64,000 bases of DNA from Acidobacteriota bacterium. GTDB lineage: Bacteria > Acidobacteriota > UBA890 > WLXD01. The notes under the pieces are model-generated. The model searched no databases, was not told the origin of the DNA, and saw only the letters and a program-made list of their open reading frames with translations. The number at the start of each line of letters is the position of its first letter. Position 1 is the first letter of the stretch. The translations under genes were made by a program, and so were the position numbers. Below are positions 39,498-48,499 of the stretch, piece by piece. Where the stretch lies: assembly GCA_963666055.2 (NCBI GenBank), contig CAXWPH010000010.1, forward strand, positions 96,001-160,000, written 5' to 3'.

Positions 39498-40409
39498 CTA
39501 CGATCTTGTCACCGGCGTGCCTTCGAGCGCTAGGGCGACGGTAGCGCAGTGAATATCGACGATATCCGCCATTTCGGTGGAGTATCCGCCGGCCATCACG
39601 ACCGCCACCGGAAGGCCGCGATCGCGACACCAGTCGAGCACACAGCGATCGCGCCTTGCCAGACCTTCCTTCGACAGCGCCAAGCGCCCGAGTCGATCAC
39701 CGGCGAACGGGTCCGCCCCCGAGACGTATACGGCCAGGTCCGCCGCATGGTGCGCCGGCCCGTCAGCCAGGGCGCGTTCGAGCGCGTTCAAGTACTCGAC
39801 ATCGGCCACGGCGTCGTCGAGCGCGACGTCGAGGTCGCCTGCCTCCTTGCGGAAGGGGAAATTGCGTCGCCCGTGCATCGAGAATGTGAACACGCTTGGA
39901 TCGCCGCGGAAAATCGCCGCGGTCCCGTTGCCCTGATGCACGTCGCAGTCCACTACCACCACCCGTTGGGCTCGCTGCGCGCGTTGCTGCACGCGAATCG
40001 CCACCGCGACGTCATTGAAGACGCAATAGCCCTCACCGCGATCGGCAAACGCGTGGTGCGTGCCACCAGCGAGATTCACCCCTACGCCATACTCAAGCGC
40101 TGCTGCGCACGCGGCGATCGTCGCGCCGACGGACCGACGCGATCGCTCGACGAGCTGTGGTGACCACGGGAAGCCGATGCGCCGGATCTCGCTCGACGTC
40201 AGCAGCCCCTCGGTCACACGCCGGACGTACTCGTCCGTATGAGCCAGGCGGAGCTCGCCGTCCGTGGCGGCAGCGGGCACCTCGAGATCGGCGTGCGAAA
40301 CCACGCCGCTGTCGAGCAAACGCTCGCGCAACCGACAGTACTTCGCCATCGGAAAGCGATGTCCGGAGGGCAACGGCAGCACGAACTCGTCGCTGTAGAA
40401 GAGTCGCAC
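39498..40409 (-). CDS. Histone deacetylase family (Zn-dependent) protein
   Basis: HRFPM.KY, NLAGGTHHA, GYCVFND, DCDVHQGNGT, GADP..GDRLG, GGY. Confidence 0.93.
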   Translation of the reverse strand: MRLFYSDEFVLPLPSGHRFPMAKYCRLRERLLDSGVVSHADLEVPAAATDGELRLAHTDEYVRRVTEGLLTSSEIRRIGFPWSPQLVERSRRSVGATIAACAAALEYGVGVNLAGGTHHAFADRGEGYCVFNDVAVAIRVQQRAQRAQRVVVVDCDVHQGNGTAAIFRGDPSVFTFSMHGRRNFPFRKEAGDLDVALDDAVADVEYLNALERALADGPAHHAADLAVYVSGADPFAGDRLGRLALSKEGLARRDRCVLDWCRDRGLPVAVVMAGGYSTEMADIVDIHCATVALALEGTPVTRS

Positions 40410-40457
40410 GCGGTGTCTATCTAGCTTCGCAACCAGATGTGCTCAGCAACCCCGCCG

Positions 40458-41408
40458 TCACTGCGACAGTAAGGTCGGACAGAATACCGACACCTGCTCC
40501 AGCATGCGGCCCTTCTGTCCGCCCGTAAACCGCACCATGCATTGATCGTCCGCATAGTCCATGAAGTTGGTCGTCGGATCGCGCCGCGGCACGGCCGGAC
40601 ACGAGTCCTTCTTCAGCGGTCAACCCTCCGTTGGCACTCCTTCAGCAGGCGTATCGTCGACACGGTCCCCCAACCCTGTACAGCCACCCTGAAAGGTGTG
40701 ATAGAGGCCCAGATAGTGGCCCACCTCATGCGTCAGGGTGTCCCCTTCGTTGAAGCGGGCGAAGGCGCCGCCGGGCATCGATGCGTAGTGGATAACGACC
40801 CCATGCATCGGATCGGCCTCGTCCCCCCAGTCGTTGGGAAACCACGCGTAGCCGAGAATCGAGTCGGTCGGTCGGCATGTGTACACGTTGAGGGTGGTGG
40901 CGGGGTCGACGGCGTGCTTTCTCTTGAAGCTCCGCTCGACGCCCAGGTCCAAGCATTTGGAGGCGAATCGGTTGTGGTCGTGGCGGATGATCTCTCTGAG
41001 CTTGAACTTGAACCCCTTGCTACTGAAGGAGTCGCTGAGAACGGCCATCTGGTCGTCGACCTGTTGATCGGTGACATCGAACTCGCCGTTCTTCTTTCGC
41101 ACGATGTGGAAGGCCACCGGGATGGTGATCTTGCCCGCTAGCTCCTCCACGCCTCGTTGCGGCAGCTCACTGGCAACCACCATGTCCACCAGATCCTTCT
41201 CGGCCTCGCTCACCGGCCTCGTGGCGCAGCGAAGAGGGGCCGTGGCGTCGTCGAGCGCCCCGGCCGTCGAGCTCCGAACCAGCTGTGAGCGATCCCAGCC
41301 GTGAGCAGACTCACGAAGCGTCTGGCGGGCGGTTCGATGTTGTGCGGGTGCCGCCGCGAACGCCAAGAGCACGCACGAAACACCAATGGCTACCACGGCC
41401 TTGTGCAT
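40458..41408 (-). pseudogene. M43 (ulilysin/pappalysin-like) zinc metalloprotease with an in-frame TGA at a Cys position
   Basis: HEVGHYLGLYHTF zinc motif and DTP; TGA at 40620-40622, after which the same frame continues DSCP...DP..NFMDY.DD.CM..FT.GQ..RM (Met-turn) to TGA at 40458. AGGAGG RBS before 41408. Confidence 0.85.
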
Positions 41409-41571
41409 CAGAGAGCGGCCTCCTGAGGCCATCCGGAGAGGATAACCAATAGCTTACAGGCGCACGCGCCAGCCGGCACGGCGAGTGGCGTGGCTGATGT
41501 GAGCTACGCGGCTCATGGAACGACTGGTCCATGCGCGGCACGACGCCGACCGTGCATCAGGCTAGCAGGCG

Positions 41572-42291
41572 CTAGCGCCGCATCGCCAACAAGTCCGGCA
41601 CGGTAACCATCCTGAACCCTCGCCGGGAAAGGTTGGCGACCATCCACCGCGTCGCGGTAACCACATGGTCCCGCGCGCCGCCTCCGTCGTGGAGCAGGAC
41701 GATCGAGCCCGGGCGAACCTGAGTAAGGGTGCGCAGCGCCACACGTTGAGCCGACCGCGTGCTCCAGTCCCTTGCTTGCACCGACCACAAGATAACCGTG
41801 TGGCCGCGGGACGCCGGGATGCTATGCGGTCCTCGCAGCCGCGAGTCCATGGTTCCATAGGGCGGCCGGAGCAGCCACGGGCGTAGTCCCGTCGCCCTCT
41901 GGATCGCCTCGGCGGCGCGTTCGATCTCGGTGCGAATCTGCCCATCCGCCAGCGTCGGCAGCGATCGATGCGTGAACGAGTGATTGCCTATGGCATGCCC
42001 CTCGCGCACGATCCGTCTCGCCAGCCCCGGGTGACGCACTACGTTCTCGCCGATCAGGAAGAACGTCGCGACCACGCCATGATCCCGCAGGACGTCGAGG
42101 ATCTGGGCAGTGTCAGGGTCGCGCGGGCCATCGTCGAAGGTCAGGGCGATGACGGGCTCAGAAACGTCGACCCTGGAGACAACCTGATCCGACTGCGCCA
42201 GGCTGACGACGGCCTCGAACGGGGCGGCACGTGCAACCGTACCACTCGCAGCGAGCCCCGCTGCCAGGACCAAAGAAAGCCGTCGCACCAT
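41572..42291 (-). CDS. Polysaccharide deacetylase (NodB/CE4)
   Basis: LTFDDGP, ATFF, GNHSFTH, RPPYG, IVLLHDGG. Confidence 0.93.
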   Translation of the reverse strand: MVRRLSLVLAAGLAASGTVARAAPFEAVVSLAQSDQVVSRVDVSEPVIALTFDDGPRDPDTAQILDVLRDHGVVATFFLIGENVVRHPGLARRIVREGHAIGNHSFTHRSLPTLADGQIRTEIERAAEAIQRATGLRPWLLRPPYGTMDSRLRGPHSIPASRGHTVILWSVQARDWSTRSAQRVALRTLTQVRPGSIVLLHDGGGARDHVVTATRWMVANLSRRGFRMVTVPDLLAMRR

Positions 42292-42424
42292 CTCCTGCTC
42301 CGAGTCTCAGACCGGTGCACGAGTATAGCCGCTGGGGTATGCGCCTGGCCGACCCGCCAATACCTTTACGAGCTTTGTATGCCGATTCCGGCCAGAAACG
42401 GCTCGGTCGGGGTCTAGTGTCCCA

Positions 42425-42496
42425 CTAGCAGGCCGTGGTGGAAATGCGGTGGGCCCTGCTAGCAGGCCGTGGTGAAAGTGTGGTGGGCCCTGCTAG
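42425..42496 (+). repeat. Head-to-tail dimer of 30-bp mini-elements separated and flanked by CTAG
   Basis: CTAG-[42429-42458]-CTAG-[42463-42492]-CTAG; each unit matches the element left TIR and ends GGGCCCTG. Confidence 0.88.
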
Positions 42497-43290
42497 GAGC
42501 CGCTTCGGACGTAGATCGTGATAGCGGGCCCGAACAGAGCCACAAACGCCGGGTTCTCGGCGCTGACCATATCGATGATGTTCAGGTCGGGCAAGAAGTT
42601 CAGCCGCCGGCGGATCGGCACGGCCACCTTGAGGTGCTTTTCCAGGTCGCTTTCCGCCTGGCGCCGCTGAGCCGGCTGCGACAGGCCACGGTAAATCACC
42701 ATGAACGAGAATTCGCGGTGCGAGTCAGTGGACCGCAGGCCGGCGCCGTAGAGATAGAGCGCCTCCAGCCACGCGAAGTCGTCCCAGGTGCCATCGAGCG
42801 AGGCCAGCGAGACTGCCACCTCCTGCACGGTCATCTTCCTGATACGACGACGCCTCGGCCTAGGGCGCGCCGCCTCCTGCGCCGTGGGGTCGGCTACTTT
42901 GATGGCAGCTTTCGTCACCGCGGGCTTCTTCACCGCGGGCTTCTTTTTCACCGCAGGCCTCTTCTTCACCGCAGGCCTCTTCTTCACCGCAGGCCTCTTC
43001 TTCACCGCAGGCCTCTTCTTCACCGCAGGCCTCTTCTTCACCGCAGGCCTCTTCTTCACCGCAGGCCTCTTCTTCACCGCAGGCTTCTTCACCGCAGGCT
43101 TCTTTTTCACCGCAGGCTTCTTTTTCACCGCAGGCTTCTTTTTCACCGCAGGCTTCTTCTTCTTCTTCACCGCAGGCTTCTTCTTCACCGCAGGCTTCTT
43201 TTTCACCGCAGGCTTCTTTTTCACCGCAGGCTTCTTCTTCACCGCAGGCTTCTTCTTCGCCACTTTCTTGTTGGCCTTCTTCCTGGCCAT
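42493..43290 (-). CDS. Histone H1-like KKPAV-repeat protein with a C-terminal globular (nucleotidyltransferase-like) domain
   Basis: GAGAGG RBS, MARKK, about 20 KK(K/R)PAV repeats, then a ~110-aa domain containing LEALYLYGAGLR. Confidence 0.8.
   Translation of the reverse strand: MARKKANKKVAKKKPAVKKKPAVKKKPAVKKKPAVKKKPAVKKKKKPAVKKKPAVKKKPAVKKKPAVKKPAVKKRPAVKKRPAVKKRPAVKKRPAVKKRPAVKKRPAVKKRPAVKKKPAVKKPAVTKAAIKVADPTAQEAARPRPRRRRIRKMTVQEVAVSLASLDGTWDDFAWLEALYLYGAGLRSTDSHREFSFMVIYRGLSQPAQRRQAESDLEKHLKVAVPIRRRLNFLPDLNIIDMVSAENPAFVALFGPAITIYVRSGS
42912..43259. repeat. Coding tandem repeat, mostly 18-bp units (TTCACCGCAGGC(T/C)TCTT(C/T))
   Basis: Directly visible contiguous tandem units encoding KK(K/R)PAV on the minus strand. 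Confidence 0.95.
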
Positions 43291-43419
43291 GGGATACCTC
43301 TCGACACTCGGGAGACTGCCATCGGCCATACCCGCTGGCGGCTACGACAGCGTAGAGCCCCGATCGTGCAGGCGTGCGCGACCGAGCCCGGCAAGAAATC
43401 GTGAAACATTACCGGGTTA

Positions 43420-43472
43420 GTTTCGCTTTATATTCGTTTTATAAGACGAATGTAATACGAATAAAAGTCCTT
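43420..43472. promoter_or_regulatory. AT-rich intergenic site with a near-perfect 20-bp palindrome
   Basis: ATTCGTTTTATAAGACGAAT at 43432-43451, plus a further ACGAAT 11 bp downstream. Confidence 0.55.
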
Positions 43473-43590
43473 TTCGAGCCTCCCCCAGGCCCTCTTATGG
43501 ACCGAGGCTACGCTTCGCGTCAATGGGCTGACGCGCCGACCGATGATTCCGTCGACCGCGCCGGTTGGCCGCGCAGGCTACGCTGGCGAC

Positions 43591-44448
43591 GTGAGCCTGC
43601 GAGAGCGAATGAGGTTCTGGCAACAGTTCCGGCGGCAAGCCGCCACCACGGGGGCACTGACGCCGTCCTCCCGATACCTGGCCACGGCCATGGTCCGCCC
43701 GCTTCGGCAGCACCGGAGGACGACACCAGCGGAGCCGGTTCAAGTTGTCGAGATGGGCCCGGGCACGGGGGCCATCACGCGCGAGATCGTTCGCCTCCTA
43801 CGGCCCGGCGATACACTCGATTGCTACGAGATCGATGACGGATTCGCGAGCTACCTGCGGCAGCAGGTGGCCACCGACGAGCTATTCGAATCGGTGCGCG
43901 ATGGTGTGCGCGTGCACGTGATGCCGGCTCAGGCAGCAAGCCTGGAGAGCGCCGCTCAGTTCGTCATCTGCAGTGTGCCGCTGAACAACCTGGCGCCCGA
44001 CGTTGTGCACGACATCTTTCGTACCGGCGCACGACTCCTCGACGGACGAGGGTGGTTCACGTATTTCGAATACATTGCGCTGCCAGCGCTCAAGCGGCGC
44101 TTCACGGGCGCCCGCGAGCGTCAACGCATCGACGGGGTCCGGCAAGTCAAGCGCAGGCATCGCGCAGGTGGTGCGGAGAGACAGGTGGTCTGGGCCAATC
44201 TCCCGCCGGCACGGGCGGTACATTTACACCTCGACCAGCGTCGTCAGGAAAACGTCGATGTCGGCGACGGTATTCCAGATACCCGGCGCTACCCGCAGGC
44301 CTCCTTCGCGCAGGCTCACCCCCACGCCCGCCTTCCGAAGCCGCGTGTGAGCCTCGAGCGTCGCCTCGGTGGTTTGCCCGACGAGCCGCAGGATTGTGGA
44401 GCGTTGTTCGGGAATCAGCGAGCTGGCGACACGAAAGCTGGCCGGTAG
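43591..44448 (+). CDS. Class I SAM methyltransferase (phospholipid N-methyltransferase PmtA-like)
   Basis: TGA.TPSSRYLA..M, VVEMGPGTGAIT, F.YFEY, VWANLPPA.V. The ORF overlaps the convergent gene by 225 nt. Confidence 0.82.
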   Translation: MSLRERMRFWQQFRRQAATTGALTPSSRYLATAMVRPLRQHRRTTPAEPVQVVEMGPGTGAITREIVRLLRPGDTLDCYEIDDGFASYLRQQVATDELFESVRDGVRVHVMPAQAASLESAAQFVICSVPLNNLAPDVVHDIFRTGARLLDGRGWFTYFEYIALPALKRRFTGARERQRIDGVRQVKRRHRAGGAERQVVWANLPPARAVHLHLDQRRQENVDVGDGIPDTRRYPQASFAQAHPHARLPKPRVSLERRLGGLPDEPQDCGALFGNQRAGDTKAGR

Positions 44449-45342
44449 TCCATCAATCAATCGATCGAGAAGCACCGTAGAGTGAGCGGCTACCGCGTCG
44501 ATACCCGTCTCGACCAAGAACTCGAGCGACTCGGCCATGGCGGCGCCATGGATGAACGCTGCCGTTTCCGGCACGTCGAAGCGGATCGCACCGGGACGGT
44601 GTCGTGGCTCCAGGTCCGCCAGCCGGTTGAAGTCGTCGGCACCGACGATCGTCGCCCAGTTGAATGTCGGCAGCCGGAGCCGCTCGACCCATGTCGGATG
44701 CACATAGGTAACGCCGGTGCCATAGGGTGACATGAGCCACTTGTACCCGGCGATCGCGACCACGGACGCCTTGCATCGGGCGACGTCGAAAGGGATTGCA
44801 CCAACCGACTGCGAGGCGTCGACGAGAAAGAGTGCGCCGTGCTGCTCGCAAGCTGAACCAATGGCGTCAAGGTCAAGCCGCCGTCCGTTCGCGAAGTTCA
44901 CGTGACCGACGCTCACCACCCGGGTGCGCCGGCAGATTGCCGCCACCACGTCGTCGGGATCGACGAAATCCACCTCCACGCCAAGTGCTCGCAGCCCCAG
45001 CCATGGGAGATTGTTGGCAGGAAACTCCCCGGTCGGTACGACGACGCGATCGTCGGCGCTCCATTCGAGGCCGCAGGCTACAAGGCTGATCCCGTGCGAA
45101 GCCCCTGTGGCCACAGCAACGTCGTGCGGACAGCAACCGAGCAGCTCCGACGCCGCTCCACGAATGCGGTCGGGAAGGGAGAAGTAAGCTGCATCGTCGA
45201 GCCCGGACGGGTCGCGTTTCCAGTCCAGAGCGCGCTCGGCGGCGGCAATCGCGCGTCGCGCCATCGGCCCTTGGTTGGCCCCATCGAGGTAGACGCGACC
45301 GCGTAGATCGAACTCGTTGCTCAGATCCAGCGTTGCTGTCAA
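44224..45342 (-). CDS. Aminotransferase class V PLP enzyme
   Basis: YLDGANQGP, EFPAN, VDASQSVG, GYKWLMSPYGTG; the TTG start overlaps the upstream stop. Confidence 0.88.
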   Translation of the reverse strand: MTATLDLSNEFDLRGRVYLDGANQGPMARRAIAAAERALDWKRDPSGLDDAAYFSLPDRIRGAASELLGCCPHDVAVATGASHGISLVACGLEWSADDRVVVPTGEFPANNLPWLGLRALGVEVDFVDPDDVVAAICRRTRVVSVGHVNFANGRRLDLDAIGSACEQHGALFLVDASQSVGAIPFDVARCKASVVAIAGYKWLMSPYGTGVTYVHPTWVERLRLPTFNWATIVGADDFNRLADLEPRHRPGAIRFDVPETAAFIHGAAMAESLEFLVETGIDAVAAHSTVLLDRLIDGLPASFRVASSLIPEQRSTILRLVGQTTEATLEAHTRLRKAGVGVSLREGGLRVAPGIWNTVADIDVFLTTLVEV

Positions 45343-46199
45343 AAGGGCGCGTCTTCGGAAGCCGGGTGTGACTCGTAGAAGCGGTCGATCGCTTCCCACG
45401 CTTGGACAGCCGTGTCAGCCCAGCTGATCAACTCCAGATCTTCCGGACCGATGGTACCGGCGGCAGCCAAAGCTTCGAGGTTCACCACCTGCGACCACCA
45501 GGCCCGGCCGAAGATCACTACCGGGATCCGCCGCATCTTGCCGGTCTGGATGAGCGTCAACGCCTCGAACAACTCGTCGAGCGTCCCGAAGCCACCCGGA
45601 AAAGCCACCATCGCGCGCGCCCGCAACAAGAAATGCATCTTGCGCATAGCGAAGTAGTGAAAGTTAAAGCAGAGCTCGGGCGTTATGTACGGGTTCGGTA
45701 CCTGCTCGTGCTCGATCTCGATGTTGAACGCCATCGTCGCCTGACCTGCCTCGCTGGCACCGCGATTCGCCGCTTCCATGATCCCGGGACCACCACCGGT
45801 CGTCACAACGAAATCGAGAGGCTCGTCGGCCTGCTCATACTTCGCCGCCATCGACGCGAAGAGCCTTGCCTCCTGGTAATAGGGCACCAGCTCGGAGAGC
45901 TTGAGCGCTCGCGTGAGTGCCGCCTGAATCTCCGGATCGTCCGGAGCGCCGGCCGCCGCCTCGCGGGCGTTGGCGCAGGCGCGCTCCGAGTCCTCCGGCG
46001 ACGGAATTCGCGCGCTGCCGAAGACGACGATCGTCGACTTGACGTTCATCTGCAGCTGCATGAGCTGCGGCTTGGCGTACTCAAGCGCCAGTCGGTAACT
46101 GCGTAGTTCTGGGCGGCTCAGGAAATCTGGGTCCTGGTACGCCAGTCGGTGGCTGGGCAGATCGGACAATGGAACGGTGGGGTCGCTGGTGTCGCTCAT
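45339..46199 (-). CDS. LOG family protein (TIGR00730-like Rossmann fold)
   Basis: VFGSAR, TGGGPGIMEAANRGA, EQ.PNPY, FHYFAMRK, FPGGFGTLDELFE. Confidence 0.93.
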   Translation of the reverse strand: MSDTSDPTVPLSDLPSHRLAYQDPDFLSRPELRSYRLALEYAKPQLMQLQMNVKSTIVVFGSARIPSPEDSERACANAREAAAGAPDDPEIQAALTRALKLSELVPYYQEARLFASMAAKYEQADEPLDFVVTTGGGPGIMEAANRGASEAGQATMAFNIEIEHEQVPNPYITPELCFNFHYFAMRKMHFLLRARAMVAFPGGFGTLDELFEALTLIQTGKMRRIPVVIFGRAWWSQVVNLEALAAAGTIGPEDLELISWADTAVQAWEAIDRFYESHPASEDAPF

Positions 46200-46262
46200 G
46201 ACACGAGCTTACTCGCCGCCCTCGGGGCTCGCCGGCTCGAGAATCGCGTGAGTGCCAGAGAG

Positions 46263-47930
46263 CTACCGAACACGGGTCGCCCGACGCAACGAATCAACAA
46301 CTAACTCGAGCGAATCGGCAACCGGGACGCGTAGGTGCACCCGCACCACGGACCGTTGACGCTCGCGCAGGGCCTCGACGTCGCTGAGGGCCTGGGCGCG
46401 AGCCAGCGTTCCCATCGTATACGGCCGGCCGGGGATATCCAGATCTTCAGCATCGTCCGCCGTAAAGACGAGATAGACACCCTTCGGCGGCCCTCCCTTG
46501 TGAAGCTGGCCGGTCGAATGCAGGTAACGCGGCCCCCAGCCGAGTGTCGTCGCAAGCCCAAAGCGCGCTACGACAAGAACACGGATTTCATCGAGCAGCG
46601 CGGTGATGTGGACGTTGGTAGGGAGGAACGCCAGCAGCGCACAATAGCCGTCGGCCGCCGTTGCACAACGCTGGGCAAGCCACCTACCGAGCGCGTCCCG
46701 GTCGTCGCCAAACCCACTGACCGTCTCCTCCGATACATAGACGCTCATGTGCTTGTCGTCGAAGGCTGGAGTCGAATCCGGCGGCCGGTCTCCGTCCTGA
46801 GTGCGATCCAGCATGCACTGTGTGCGAACTTTTGCCGACGCTACATCCGGCTCATCGAAGGGGTTGATCTCCATCAGTGCTCCCGCGGCGGCAACGGCAA
46901 CCTCCCAGCGTAGAAACTCGGCTCCGAGGTCAGCCGGATCCGATAGCGTGTAGTGGATCACCGGGTGTCCCGCTGCAACCAACTCCTCACCGATGAGACG
47001 GGTCCGATCGCTGTCCTCGGTGCTGTCATCAACAATCACGAACAGCCGATCCGACCCGTAACGAGCCCCCTCGAAGATCGGCTCGCGGACGACCGGAACC
47101 AGCCCCTTGCCTTGCTTCCCGGTGCTCTCGGCAACGAGTTGCTCCGCCCAATCCGCAAAGCCCGCTAGTCGAGGCACGGTTACGAAAGTGATCTTGTCCC
47201 GGCCGGCAGCGAAAGCCTCCGCCAGGATGATCCCCAGCCTCACGCTGGTGTCGCCTGACGAGCTGCGACGCGATTCGGCTTCAACAGCCCGATCAACCAG
47301 CGCTGCGACCGGAACTCCGGAAAGCGCCGCAGGCACGAGGCCGAAGTAGGAAAGCGCCGAGAACCGTCCGCCTACGTCCATCGGATTGCACCATACCCGG
47401 CCGCCACTCTGCTCGACGCGTGCCTGTAGGGCCGTGCCGGCGTCGGTGATCGCCACCAACTCGACAGCTGAACCCTCACTTGCCGCCATGTGCAAGAACC
47501 AGTCGGCCAGCACCGCTGTCTCCAGCGTCGTCCCAGACTTGCTCGCCACAATCACGGCAGCGCCGGCAAGCTTGATCGCACGCGCCACGCTCATGACCGC
47601 ATCCGGCACCGTCGAGTCGACGACGCGCAGCCCTTCCGAGCCAAATGCCATCGCGCATGCTCTGGCGGCCAGGCTGCTTCCACCCATCCCGATCAGCAGC
47701 ACACTGCCTGCATGCCTGCCCGGCCAATCCACCGCGCGCATCGAGGCGGGAAGCTTGAGCCACCCTAGCCGCGAGCCTACAGCCTCGCGTGCGGCACCAC
47801 CCGCGGCCCAAAGGCCGGGGTCGCCCGAATAGAGTCTCGAGCTGAACCCTCGACGATCGAGGCGCTGAGCTCGGGCGTCGACAGCTGTTTGGAGCGGCTC
47901 GAGAAGGTGTTCCTGCTCAGCTGTCGGCAT
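46263..47930 (-). CDS. pgi: Glucose-6-phosphate isomerase (Tal-Pgi C-terminal type)
   Basis: GMGGSSL, SKSGTTLET, VGGRFSALSYFG, EQL.AESTGK, NPFDEP.V, GPRYLHSTGQLHKGG. Confidence 0.88.
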   Translation of the reverse strand: MPTAEQEHLLEPLQTAVDARAQRLDRRGFSSRLYSGDPGLWAAGGAAREAVGSRLGWLKLPASMRAVDWPGRHAGSVLLIGMGGSSLAARACAMAFGSEGLRVVDSTVPDAVMSVARAIKLAGAAVIVASKSGTTLETAVLADWFLHMAASEGSAVELVAITDAGTALQARVEQSGGRVWCNPMDVGGRFSALSYFGLVPAALSGVPVAALVDRAVEAESRRSSSGDTSVRLGIILAEAFAAGRDKITFVTVPRLAGFADWAEQLVAESTGKQGKGLVPVVREPIFEGARYGSDRLFVIVDDSTEDSDRTRLIGEELVAAGHPVIHYTLSDPADLGAEFLRWEVAVAAAGALMEINPFDEPDVASAKVRTQCMLDRTQDGDRPPDSTPAFDDKHMSVYVSEETVSGFGDDRDALGRWLAQRCATAADGYCALLAFLPTNVHITALLDEIRVLVVARFGLATTLGWGPRYLHSTGQLHKGGPPKGVYLVFTADDAEDLDIPGRPYTMGTLARAQALSDVEALRERQRSVVRVHLRVPVADSLELVVDSLRRATRVR

Positions 47931-48483
47931 GGCCGGCGGACAACGCCGCCACCCGTCGCAGCTCCCGGCGGCGCGCGTCGAAACTGTCCTCCAATTCCTC
48001 GACCTTCATCAGCACGCGCTGATCACGCTCGTCACCGGAGAACTCGTTGGCGACCCAAGCCCGTACAATGTCGGAGGCGAGATCGGGCCCGAGAACGCGC
48101 GCACCCAGGCACAGCACGTTGGCGTCTACGATGCGGCGCGCGTGCCGCGCGCTCACGGCATTCTGGCAATGCGCCGCGCGAATTCCGGGAATCTTGTTCG
48201 CCACGATGCTCGCAGCAGCACCCGAGCTACAGACGACAACGGCCAGGTCAGCCTCCCCCGACAGCACTGCGTACGCCACGATCGTGGCAATGTCGGCCAG
48301 GTCCGCAGCGTCGCTCAATCCGCCGCCATGAACGGCGTGCTCTTTGGCAGTATGGCGTTCTTCGCGTAGCTCGGCAACGAGCTTGTCTTTCAGCTGGTCC
48401 CCTTCATGGTCGGCGCCCAACGCCACACGACGCAGCTGTATCGCCCGGCTTTCGCCAACTGGTCGTTTGGTTGCTACCGCCAT
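47917..48483 (-). CDS. rpiB: RpiB/LacA/LacB family sugar-phosphate isomerase (divergent)
   Basis: ALGADH.G, C..G....I.ANKIPGIRAA, DANVLCLGAR; lies in the tkt-pgi operon. Confidence 0.78.
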   Translation of the reverse strand: MAVATKRPVGESRAIQLRRVALGADHEGDQLKDKLVAELREERHTAKEHAVHGGGLSDAADLADIATIVAYAVLSGEADLAVVVCSSGAAASIVANKIPGIRAAHCQNAVSARHARRIVDANVLCLGARVLGPDLASDIVRAWVANEFSGDERDQRVLMKVEELEDSFDARRRELRRVAALSAGHADS

Positions 48484-48499
48484 GTTCTCGTCCGTGTCC

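Noticed and set aside
42425-42496. Possible CRISPR mini-array
   Set aside because: The units are contiguous with no unique spacers, they match the TIR of the dispersed element, and no cas genes are present.
39498-43290. Functional link between the histone deacetylase family gene and the H1-like protein
   Set aside because: Two unrelated genes separate them and bacterial HDAC-family enzymes have diverse substrates; proximity alone is not evidence.
42788-43420. Plus-strand FFTAG-repeat and LLHRR-repeat ORFs (similar ones at 62549-63117)
   Set aside because: These are antisense shadows of the Lys-rich repeat genes, which have the RBS and a sensible composition on the minus strand.
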